Positions 11,784 through 23,249 of a stretch of DNA of 64,000 nucleotides are shown piece after piece. Made by a program: the position numbers and the translations under genes. The stretch comes from Owenia fusiformis (Eukaryota), in NCBI GenBank assembly GCA_903813345.2, contig CAIIXF020000001.1, positions 48,546,001-48,610,000 of the forward strand, read 5' to 3'. Positions within the stretch are counted from its first letter, which is position 1, and each line of letters opens with the position of its first letter. The notes beneath the pieces are model-generated. The model made no database searches and was not told where the DNA came from. It worked only from the letters and a program-made list of their open reading frames with translations.

Positions 11784-13380
11784 AATCAATTGAGAAGACC
11801 TCATGAGCTGCAAGGCAATTTCTGCAAATATACCATTTTACAAATAACAATTTCAGTCTGATTTGTGAGACTCTAAATTAAAGAAACGGTTAAGTGAAAT
11901 GTTTAGGAATCATTTACAAGAGGCTTTATCTGGAGGACAAAGGCAAGACTTTTGTTTCTGGTGTCTGTGTTGAGAAAATTTTAATTTCCAAATACATAAT
12001 CATGTATTGTACGAGTATGTGTCGTAAACTTAATGTACTATAAGTAACATGTTTTTCTACTTCAATCAAACCTGAGCAATAGAATTCACATTGTGGATGG
12101 TCTAACACTTTACATCAAATTATAAATGGTTTTATGCTTTTATTGCATGGGGAATATAGATTGCACCATTTAGTGTTATCCAATTAATATTTTCTTTGAC
12201 AGGATAATAGTTCTAGATTATATTATCCAATTCCAAGCTAAAAATTGGAGTTCTATTGCCTTTTGTTTGAGAAACTATGAATATGTTTGAATAACATTAA
12301 AGTGGACAGTTTTGAAATTAGTGAATATTTATTGAACGATGACTGGATGTTCTCAGTAGAATAAAGATTAAATGCTTTATGCATAATTAATAACTCAATG
12401 AAGTGTTATTACTTGTATGCTGTCACGCAATTAATGAACCAGGCATATAAACTCGCATCGGTGGGCTGTCGTGATTATATACTGTCTGTATGTTAGTCTG
12501 TCTGTCCAGCCATCCATCTATGATAGAAAATCGTATGGTTCGTGCATTATAAAATTCAATTCAATTGAATATTTTCATCTCCCAAATAGATAATACATGT
12601 ACAAGGCCATAATTTTGTTTATAAATGGCATCTCAAAAGCCCACTTTGTTCAAAAATGGTGGCAATTTACATTGATATATTTATAACTAATCAACCAATA
12701 TATTTTATACCAAATACATTAATACAATGTCAAAAGGGTCAATGGCATCTTCTCAAATTGTGCAAATCGCGAATATTAATATACATACGCTGTACTTAAA
12801 AATGACAAAACAGATGAAACTCTGGCATCAGTAAAATAATCACTAAAATTACAAAATTTGTAAAATCTAAGAACCTTGACCAATTGTGCATTAGTTGGGT
12901 GTAATCAAGGGTGTTACAATACCCGGGAATTTATCGGTTCGTGCAGTACTTGTTTGTGATAGCACCCTCTGTAGGTCACTTAATAGCCTAATAGCCTATA
13001 GTAATAATATTGGATAATCACATTTATGCGTGCGCGCTCAGCTCATCCACTGAACGAAACGCCACTTCCCGCTGAAATCACCGGGTATTGATTTTTCCCT
13101 TGGTTTAATATGTTGGTTACTTGAATGTATAAAGAAACACTCATTAATATTGTCACCCTCTTATGAATGAACAAATCAGCTGTATAATGACATGAATCCT
13201 TGGACGGATGTGAATCCAATCTATCTAGACCAATTAGCTTAATTGGAATACTCAAGAGATAGATAATATTTGATTTAAAGTATCATGCGTGCATAATCAA
13301 ATTAGATTTGTATCAGAATGAAGAGGAATTTTCTAATGTCTATAGTTCTATTCTAACCTACACTTATGAAATATAACATT

Positions 13381-14620
13381 AACTAGCATGTGGCTCTGAG
13401 GCTGCATGCTGCCATCATGTATATACTTTAAGTTACATGCTGGTTGCCAAAATGTGGCTCTGGGGCTGTGTTGCTGCTGGAAAATATACAAAATGTTTAT
13501 AATGAACAATTGATTTGAACAATTGATATCTCATTTTTCAAATATAAAATTTTCCGACCACCTGTAACTTCCAATAACGTAACAAATACTGTTTAGACTG
13601 ATTTCAATTTTTTTTCAAAATCATATACAAGTTTCAGAAGTTCAAATCTGACTGAAGATTTAAGATTTGACCTTCATTGACCTTTTCAAGGTAAAAAAAG
13701 GGTTTACGAATGGTGGTTGGCGTCTGTAACAAATTGTAACAAATTCTTACAACTTCCAATAACATTACAAATACTGTTTAGACTGACTTCAATTTTTTTC
13801 AAAATCATCTACATGTTTTCAGAAGTTCAAATCTGACTTTAGATTTAAGATTTGACCTTCATTGACCTTTTCAAGGTAAAAAAAGGTTTACGAATGGTGG
13901 TTGGCGTCTGTAACAAATTCATACAACTTCCAAATCATTTTTCATAATCGTCATCATAATTTTTTCAGAAGTTCAAAGCTGATTTAATATTTAATATTTG
14001 ACCTTCAATGACCCTTAGAAGGTCAAAAAGGTTAAAAAAAAGGGTCAAAAAGGTCTTTTTTTTGTTTCAAATTGATTAATTTTTTTTTCAAAATCATCTA
14101 CGAGTTCTCAGAAGTTCAAATCTGACTATAGATTTGAGATTTGACCTTCAATGACCTTCTCAAGGTCAAAAAGGTTAAAGAGGTGTTTTTCAACTTGCTT
14201 CAAATTACTAATTTTTTAATAAATCACCTACTTCTTTTTGCCAAAAAAAACTTTCAGTGTTGTTAGGTGTTCACTACAGAGAGGGTAATTTAGAGGTTAG
14301 AGGTCTATAGTTGGGGCAACTCAGTAGTCACCACGCTTAAAGTTTCAAAGGGACAATGGCTCTAATTGTCATCCCAAATAAGACTTGAATTCTTAACGAC
14401 ACGACACGTCGTAACTTACATGATCAATTGACTTGGACAAAAACCTTTCTTTTCTGCACTTATTGTAGCATGGAAAACCCGTTCATGAAGAAACTAAATT
14501 GGTTTTTAAATTGAAATATGTCCAATTCGATTTTATGTCACCACTAGAAGTGGAATATTTCACCAACTTTTTTATGGATGGTGTTCGGCGTTTGGCGTCT
14601 GTAACAAATGGCAGATAGTG
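13381..14620 (-). mobile_element. Probable Helentron-type element related to the 23.2-26.5 kb element
   Basis: Internal repeats with tttgaccttc..gacc..aaggtcaaaa and aaaatcatctac..ctcagaagttcaaatctgac; ctgccat/atggcag subterminal inverted repeat; ends CTAGTT on the minus strand. Confidence 0.5.
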
Positions 14621-15568
14621 ATGTTTTGCATGTTAATGCCTTGTTTCAAATTTGAACAATTGTACTGCTGACAAGATGACGAATTATTTTACTTTGTACA
14701 ATTTTATTTTTATTTTCATGAACCATCAAATACATGAAAAAGAGTTGAAATAAAGTTTGTGTTTAGTCATATATATATAATAAGCAATACAGTCTATACA
14801 TTACAATGCATCATGAATACATCAAGGGAATATCACAGCATTACATCTTTCAGATCTTAAATATCTTATCAGTTAATTTGAAGTTTGGTCCCTTGTTCCG
14901 AGCCAGTCTTCATTACAAAACACTCCATGACTTCAATCAACTACATTCCCGTAGATAGTAACTTTCTCCACAATTAATTGATTAAATGTACTTTATTTAT
15001 TCTCTATAATGAAATAAAGCTGCGTTTCCTTACATCCCTCTGGTCCTACTGTAGGAGCCTTTAGTAAAATACATTTTAATGATACAGGAAGGATATTTTT
15101 CATGTTTTATATTACTAGGTAGTAGGTACCACTAGCATACTAGACTAGTATTTGCAAAAGTACGAATCTAATGATACGAGATATGCGGGCTACAATTCTC
15201 ACTTTGCTTGAGTAACGTTTTGCACCTCTGAAATGTCAATGGTCAAGTTGAGACCGTAACTAATTAAAATTAAAAAATATGTTAATTTCAGGGTTCATAA
15301 AGCAATCACCAGAGGTCAGTAATATTTCCTCCATATTTTAAAACATTGAACTCCGCTTCTTAAAGGTTATATGTAAGTTTCCTTCCATAATGCTATGCCC
15401 ATGAAAAATCTCTGCATTAATTTCTCTTTCAAAGATGAGTACATGATAGTAGTATTTAAGTTATTCATTTTATAGTTGACTAGCGGGACTATTTTGGGGT
15501 CTCAGTGTGGTTCTGTACTAAGATGTTTCACTTGGCGCTTTCTGGTACTTAAGATCAATGGTATATTA

Positions 15569-15868
15569 CAGGGGCGGATCCAGGAACCAACAAGGGGGGG
15601 GCCCAAATTTCAGGTCAGTGAAAAAACGCCCCTAAAATCCAAAAGTGGGCCCAAATTTTGAAATTTTGAGGCCCATTTTCTTCAAAATTTGGCCTGAAAT
15701 TAACAAATAAGGCCTTAAAAGGCCCAGTAATGACCAAAAAGGCCCACTTTTTGGGGCCTGAAGGCCTTGTTTGGCCCAAAAAAATTTTTGGGCCCAATTT
15801 TTTTTTTCTGGGCCCACCCAAGGGGGGGGGCCCGGGCCCCTGGCCCCCCCCCCCCTAATCCGCCAGTG
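15569..15868. mobile_element. GC-rich MITE in the 3'UTR of the peptide precursor gene
   Basis: TIRs CAGGGGCGGATCCAG and CTAATCCGCCAGTG; internal gggccc(aaa) repeats; TA on both flanks. Confidence 0.75.
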
Positions 15869-15915
15869 TATTATGGAACAACGCGTAGGACAATTGTTTA
15901 CACCATTCGGCGATT

Positions 15916-18818
15916 TTACAAACCTCGAGTTCCAAAGAATGTTTGATCATTTTTATTCATAGCGTTCAATGCAGCTCCCAAGAAACGCTTGTCATTTGTG
16001 TCTTTTGCATTTCTGTTCATAGCGTTCAATGCGGATCCCAAGAAACGTTTGTCATTTGTTCCTTTTGCGTCCCTACTCATAGCGTTCAATGCGGATCCCA
16101 AGAAACGCTTGTCATTTGTGTCTTTTGCATTTCTGTTCATAGCGTTCAATGCGGATCCTAAGAAACGCTTGTCATTTGTGTCCTTTGCATCTCTATTCAT
16201 AGCGTTTAAAGCGGATCCCAAGAAACGCTTGTCATTTGTGTCTTTTGTATTTCTATTCATAGCGTCCAATGCGGATCCCAAGAAACGCTTGTCATTTGTG
16301 TCTTTTGCATTTCTGTTCATAGCGTTTAATGCGGATCCCAGAAAACGTTTGGCATTTGTGTCTTTTGGATCTCTATTCATAGCGTTCATTGCGGATCCCA
16401 AGAAACGCTTGTCATTTGTGTCTTTTGCATTTCTGTTCATAGCGTTCAATGCGGATCCCAAAAAACGTTTGTCATTTGTGTCCTTTGGATCTCTATCCAT
16501 TGCGTTCAATGCGGATCCCAAGAAACGTTTTTCATTTGAGTCTTTTGCATCTCTATTCATAGCGTTTAAAGCGGATCCTAAGAAACGCTTGTCATTTGTG
16601 TCCTTTGGGTCTCTATTCATTGCGTTCAATGCGGATCCCAAGAAACGTTTTTCATTTGTGTCTTTTGCATCTCTATTCATAGCGTTTAAAGCAGATCCTA
16701 AGAAACGCTTGTCATTTGTGTCTTTTGCATTTCTGTTCATAGCGTTCAATGCGGATCCCAAGAAACGCTTGTCATTTGAGTCTTTTGCATTTCTATTCAT
16801 AGCGTTTAAAGCGGATCCTAAGAAACGCTTGTCATTTGTGTCCTTTGGGTCTCTATTCATAGCGTTTAATGCAGATCCCAAGAAACGCTTGTCATTTGTG
16901 TCTTTTGCATCTCTATTCATAGCGTTTAAAGCAGATCCTAAGAAACGCTTGTCAATTGTGTCCTTTGGATCTCTATTCATAGCGTTCAATGCGGATCCCA
17001 AGAAACGTTTGTCATTTGTGTCCTTTGCATTTCTATTCATAGCGTTCAATGCGGATCCCAAGAAACGCTTGTCATTTGTGTCTTTTGCATTTCTGTTCAT
17101 AGCGTTCAATGCGGATCCCAAGAAACGCTTGTCATTTGAGTCTTTTGCATTTCTATTCATAGCGTTCAATGCGGATCCCAAGAAACGCTTGTCATTTGTG
17201 TCTTTTGCATTTCTGTTCATAGCGTTTAATGCGGATCCTAAAAAACGTTTGTCATTTGTGTCCTTTGCATCTCTATTCATAGCGTTTAAAGCGGATTCTA
17301 AGAAACGCTTGTCATTTGTGTCCTTTGAATCTCTATTCATAGCGTTCAATGCGGATCCCAAGAAACGTTTGTCATTTGTGTCTTTTGCATTTCTGTTCAT
17401 AGCGTTTAATGCGGATCCTAAAAAACGTTTGTCATTTGTGTCCTTTGTATCTCTATTCATAGCGTTTAAAGCGGATCCTAAGAAACGCTTGTCATTTGTG
17501 TCCTTTGAATCTCTATTCATAGCGTTCAATGCGGATCCCAAGAAACGCTTGTCATTTGTGTCTTTTGCATTTCTGTTCATAGCGTTCAATGCGGATCCCA
17601 AGAAACGTTTTTCATTTGTGTCCTTTGCATCTCTATTCATAGCGTTTAAAGCGGATCCTAAGAAACGCTTGTCATTTGTGTCTTTTGCATTTCTATTCAT
17701 AGCGTTCAATGCGGATCCCAAGAAACGTTTTTGCTCATTTTTGTTATCATCGAGAACAGATCGTTTGAAACGTTGATTATGATAATACGACTCGAACAAA
17801 CGTTTGCTGTCTGAATCTCCATTATATAGTGCATTGAGAAAACCAGTGTCGTAACGTTGAATATTTTCAGGGTTCGTTTGATAAAGATCGTTCAGTATCG
17901 TTCCTAGATATACATCTTTACTATCATACTGCGGCCGATATGGATATCGCGCGTTAAGCGCCGATCCCAAAAAGCGTTTTAAACCATTACTCGACGGTAT
18001 ATAACGATAACGTTCCGAACTATCATATGACGGGGCATTTCGGTATCGTGCGTTCAATGCTGATCCCAAAAACCTCTTCGCCTCGTTTTCTCGAGAAGAT
18101 AGGGCAATCTGTAAATAGAAATTCAAACTTTTGAAAAACGGATCTTGTTTTACATATATCAATAAAACAATCAGGGAAATGCTTGGTCTTTTCTGATTAC
18201 CAATCTCTAAAATATCTTGCTGTTTGACTTTTTGTAATTTAGGAAACTAACAATCCCATGTCTTCAATAAAAAGGACATCTCTTAAGATCAACTTCTTAT
18301 GTTAAGGTTAAAACCATCAAATATAAACACGTATGCACAAGTCACAAAACTGGAAATACCAAAAATGCCAAATACAACTTTAGAAATCAAGAACACAGCT
18401 GGTAATGAGGAATACCCCAACATCCCAAAACAATGATATAAGCATGGAGAAATGTCATTTCCCCGAACCTCTTCGATCAGGTGTCAATTTCACAATCCAA
18501 AACCAGAACACCATGGGACATACTGCACTCATTACAAAACATGTTGAAGGACAAGAAAATCAAATCGAAATAGCCGTCAAAAATAATAACAAAAATGTCC
18601 ATGTTATACAATCAACGGGTTATTTCATTAATGAATTGTCTTTCAAGTACGTAAAAGCTTAAACGAAAGTAATTTGATTTCCAGATGGTAGGAATTAAAA
18701 TTGATCATGAAATAAAAAACAACTTAACGTGAATTACCTTATTTTCAGATTCGGCATGCGCGCATGCTACAATGATTCCTGCTAGTGTTAATAGTCTCAG
18801 CAAGAGCGGAGCCAACAT
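15916..18818 (-). CDS. Multi-copy neuropeptide-like precursor, 757 aa, with 32 KR-preceded FLGSALNA-type peptides
   Basis: Exon 1 18818-18738 encodes MLAPLLLRLLTLAGIIVACAHAESENK (signal peptide; donor AAG|GTAATT). Exon 2 18108-15916 follows acceptor tttacag in phase 0. It holds two FLGSALNARY copies, then 30 tandem 20-aa units KR-FLGSALNAMNR-(N/D)xKDTND. Confidence 0.9.
15945..17730. repeat. Coding 60-bp tandem array, 30 copies
   Basis: Exact 60-nt periodicity with no indels. Confidence 0.97.
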
Positions 18819-18928
18819 GTTTGCTTTTCTTCTTTCCACTTATTTCCTATAACCAGTTATCCACTTTTTTCAATTACTGATCAAGTGAAGCAGTAATTTG
18901 AGCAAGTTTTTCCTCAATGAGTATTTGC

Positions 18929-18936
18929 TTTATATA
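18929..18936 (-). promoter_or_regulatory. TATA box of the peptide precursor gene
   Basis: TATATAAA on the minus strand, ~110 nt upstream of the ATG; CRE half-site TGACG near 19036-19040. Confidence 0.5.
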
Positions 18937-20937
18937 CGATCATAATTGATGAAGAGGCGTTCTTGGATAATATCCTGTATCTAAGCAGGTCAAAGTTTAT
19001 CGCGTGCTTGCATTCACTCCTTACGAGACGTTATACGTCAATTGAATGATCTCAGGATTAGAGGGGTTAATTTTGACATCTTCTACAGGGTGTCCAAAAT
19101 GTTGTGATTTTTTCATTAACACATAAAACAATGGCGATATATATTGTTTTTATCACTTGTCTTCCCACAAGATGATATTCCTTGGAAAATATCCTGTTTA
19201 ATGAGGTTAAGATTTTACAAACTAAAGAATTTTTAGCAAGGCTTAATGTTCACAGTATAGGTCATTTCTTCACACTAATAGAGTAAAGGGGAAATCCTAT
19301 CGGCGGCGCATTCATCAGGCCATTGGTCTCTTTGGTATGGAACAGTTTGAGTGCCCTGCAGTTAACTAATTAATTCAATTAGAAATTCTGGTTTACTAGT
19401 AAGTATCGGCATCTAATAAAAACCTCATTTACGAGATAATAAAACGTTACATTTCCTAATTGGATTGAGGCAGGGAGAAACTCAAGCATATAGTACCATT
19501 TGCATTCGTTCGACTTCACTTCTTATAAGAGAGCTTCGTCTTAGTTTATAACCAGACTATGCGCGCGGGGTAAGCATATAGACACTAAGAGAAAGATTTA
19601 TACTCGTTTTTACACCCCTCTTAAAGTTTAGCAACCCCAAGTTCGCCACTAAACTCTGTGATAAAGCTTATATAAAACCATGGATAAAAAATCACAAAGC
19701 CATAATTTGTGAAAAACTTAATTTCAAACACTAACAAGCTTTAACAGACTATCAAAGGGGAAGTCAGTGTTTCCAAACTTTTGTAGGGGAGTGCACACGA
19801 TTTATTGGGTTGTTCAAACTATTCCCTGAATATTATTTGACAGAAAAACATCAATCGTATATCCGATATTTCATGTCAGATCCTATTTGAGGTTCCACTG
19901 CACTTTTGCAAGTGCGAGTTTTAGATAAAATACTAATTATTTTCAACTTGAACTGAGAACGAGTCATTTTATTCCTCTTGGAGATTCAATAACGATTTTC
20001 ACTCGCAGCATTTTTTCAATACTCTTGTGCTTTATTGGAAATGGTGAAATGATTCAGAGCTGCGACCTTGTCCAACATTATTCCAGTTGTTGAACCAGTG
20101 GAAAACGAAATCTTTTGAATAATTTTTAAGATTTTCCTTAAATCTTTGAATTAGGATTTTCATGTCTAAACAATTTTTTTAACGATTATGGAATGCGTAT
20201 GAAAACAAATTAAATAGGTACATCCGATTTGCGAAATACTTAAAGTGTTTACTGCTAAATTAAATCCAAATGTATGATCTTATAAGTTATTAATTTCAAT
20301 AGGATGTTCTTTCGATTGCTTAAGGTGGATTTCAAAAATGACCGTTAATCTCGAATCACGACGTTTCAGTTGTCACAATGTCATCACCATTTTCAAAGAT
20401 CGTCGCTGCTGGGGAGTTTCTGCTCCTATCTGCATGGTTCCGTGCATCAAGTTCCAGATCAAGAAGTCGGACAATTTATCATAAATATGAAAAACACAAT
20501 GTTATTAACATATCCCGAAGATAGATGGGAATATCTCATTTTAATTAACACCAAAAGTTAACCGAACGGGATAATATATTGATCTAAATCCTAGAATAAT
20601 TTTGACGATTGGTTTTGGGTTTTCATGGGCTTGAAAGATAATATACGTTGTCGTCTCTGCGTGAAGTTGTTATTGGAATATCATAAATGCATCATAGAGT
20701 TTAATCGCCCTGAAAATTAATTTAGAGAATGACAGCATCAATATAGACTATATACTGTGGTCCAACACGAACCTCATCTGTGAATCCACAATGCTTCAGT
20801 TGCCAATGTTTCACTATACTAAATATCAATACTTAGACTGTGGTTAATGTACAGGGTGTTTCATAAATAGTTATGCCCTCGTATACCTGAAACGAAAGTG
20901 TTTACACGTCATCGTAAATATGAATCGAATGTATACG

Positions 20938-21130
20938 CAGGCCCGTAGCCAAGGGGGGGGGGGTTCGATGGGTTCGAGCGACCCCCCCCCCCCCGGTCAA
21001 AAATTCTTTAAAAATCATGCAGTTTTTCATCATTCTGAACACTTTTTAAGTGATTTTGGCCATTTTTGAACCTCGTCAAAAGTGAACATCCCCTGGAATT
21101 TTTCAAAAAGTGAATCCCCCTTGGCAAATC
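20938..21130. mobile_element. Truncated GC-rich MITE-like repeat
   Basis: Starts CAGGCCCGTAGCCA followed by poly-G/poly-C arms; no matching right TIR seen. Confidence 0.45.
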
Positions 21131-23249
21131 ATACGACTTTGGAAATCGAAGATGTACCAACTGACTCCCAACTGACTTTTCGTCAGATTTTCAGATTCAG
21201 ATTCAGATTTCCGATTTCCGATTCGGGTTTTCTTGTAATTATTCGTCTTAATTTGTATAAGAATGTAAATAAAAAGAAGCTTGAAAGAACATTGAAAGGG
21301 AAAATCCATAAGCAATCCAATAGTGGGAAATTGGTTCCTATTGTCCAATTTGGCGTTATGTGTTTTTACATGCAATGTGATTTTCAAATACAGCCAATGG
21401 ACTGGAAACTATTGGAGATGAAACTATTGATTCACCAGAATTTGTATGTCTTGGATTGGTGACCACTAATAAGCTAATATTTCATGTTCAGCAAATAAAC
21501 TTTCCAAATAGTGTACATAAATTAAAAATATTATTACATACCTCATATGTATTATAGATGCTCATTGGCTTATTCATTTGAAAAAGATAATTACTGCTAC
21601 ATGGTTTTATCTCTTGAGATAAAACTTTTTAACATTCAATGTCATGATTCAAATTGGAGATAAAACCTTTTTACATTTAATTACAAAGTATATAGTGTGA
21701 GACAGACAAAATGCTACCCACCCACATAATGTAGAACCTTTTAATAGTGGAGGGACGATATAACAAGTAAAACAGTGAACACCATCTAGTATGTTGTGTA
21801 CTCAGATTAGGTACTTCCAGTGATTTTATGGCCTTTTAAAAGCAACCCTTCTGGGTTTGATCAACTCACAATTTGAATTCATTGATAGAATGAAATGATG
21901 TTCCCTGATAGGAAAGGAAGTATGCCCCTAGAGGTAATAGTTAACAGCTGGTTCTTTTCATAGAAAATGAGTGTTTGGCCAATATTTTTGTCAAATTACA
22001 AGTCAAAATACGAAAGGAACATTTTATGGATTGGGAGAAACCAATTTAGACCAAGGTTTTTGGGATGGCCCAAGTTCCACTAAACCGGCTTTTAATCTGC
22101 AAGGGCCCAATTCAATATTAACAGTCATTAGCTAGATTATTTTGTCAGATCCCATATTGTTCATAACCTATGCAATGATTAATAATCAAATAGAAGGCAC
22201 AAAGGGGTTTAATCATGCAAAGTGGAAGGGGCAGTTGTCAGTTCTTAATGTACTTATAAATATCTGTTTCGATAATTCACCTCTGTTCAATTTCATCAGT
22301 GACAATTCATTCGATCGTTAAGGTACTTTTGTACACATTTCACCAAAAATTGAAAAATGGGGAAATTGTTATTTCATTGAAATATTTTAATTTTGAACTA
22401 TGTATTGAATTATATGTAAATTTCAACAAAAATGTGAAAATATTAACCATTTAATTTTATTTCAGTTACGTAAAAAGGTTCATCATGAATATGTGCCTTT
22501 CAAGTTGACTATTTTACAGTATACACCTACTATTAGAGGAGTGAACAATAAGTACAAAGTTTATGGCAATTTATTTTTTAATATAAAACATGATTTTTGA
22601 TAGATTTCATACATGATTCTTTCATCTACAATTTCAATGTTATGTACAGAATGAATATAAAAATATCGAAGTCGACTTTGTATAAATCTAGTGTTTTATG
22701 TCGAGCAGAAAGTATACAAAGCAATTACTGTCCTATAAGAAATCAAGCTTTACAGATAGAGTGAGGCACAATACAGTAAAACCTGTATATCCTAATATCT
22801 GTCTTGTATATCTCAAAAACATTTTTCAGTCCAACTTTTCTCCAACTTCTATACTATCAACCTTGACATTAAACATCTTTTGAACTGTCTTAGTGACAAA
22901 CGAATTAGACAAGTTTTACTGTATTAAAAACCTCACCAAAGATATGTAGTTTCGTAGGAAATAATCACTCTCATCACAACCTTAATATGGAACAACTTTA
23001 CCAAACACTATAATCTTAGTAGATTACCAAGGTAATGGATTCAAATTCTATTGATTTCACATCAATAGATATAAATGACAACAACAATCTTCTAAAAGCC
23101 AGTTGCTTCTATTAGCATTAATAAATGAGGTTTTCCTGTTTAGCTTTGAAATTTTATTCTCATTTTAATCAAATTTCAGGAGGTCTGCATGTTTAACAGT
23201 TAAGATTTAACGTTTAATCTATTTGACTACATTTTGAACTGCTTTTCAA

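Noticed and set aside
13025..13090. Small CpG-rich patch as ncRNA or promoter
   Set aside because: No recognisable RNA motifs or adjacent exon.
15476..15962. Gly/Pro/Lys-rich ORFs
   Set aside because: They arise from the GC-rich MITE.
15945..17730. CRISPR-like periodicity
   Set aside because: No unique spacers, no cas genes, eukaryotic context; it is a coding tandem repeat.
15989..17776. 595-aa plus-strand ORF of FIAFNADPKKRLSFVSF repeats
   Set aside because: Antisense shadow of the stop-free 60-bp array; the minus strand has the signal exon, splice sites and KR sites.
18109..18162. ORF-track start MIYVKQ for the 748-aa ORF
   Set aside because: Intronic read-through; the acceptor is at 18109-18110 and the signal peptide is on the upstream exon.
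20340..20480. GC-richer patch resembling an exon
   Set aside because: No consistent splice sites, partner exons or recognisable translation.
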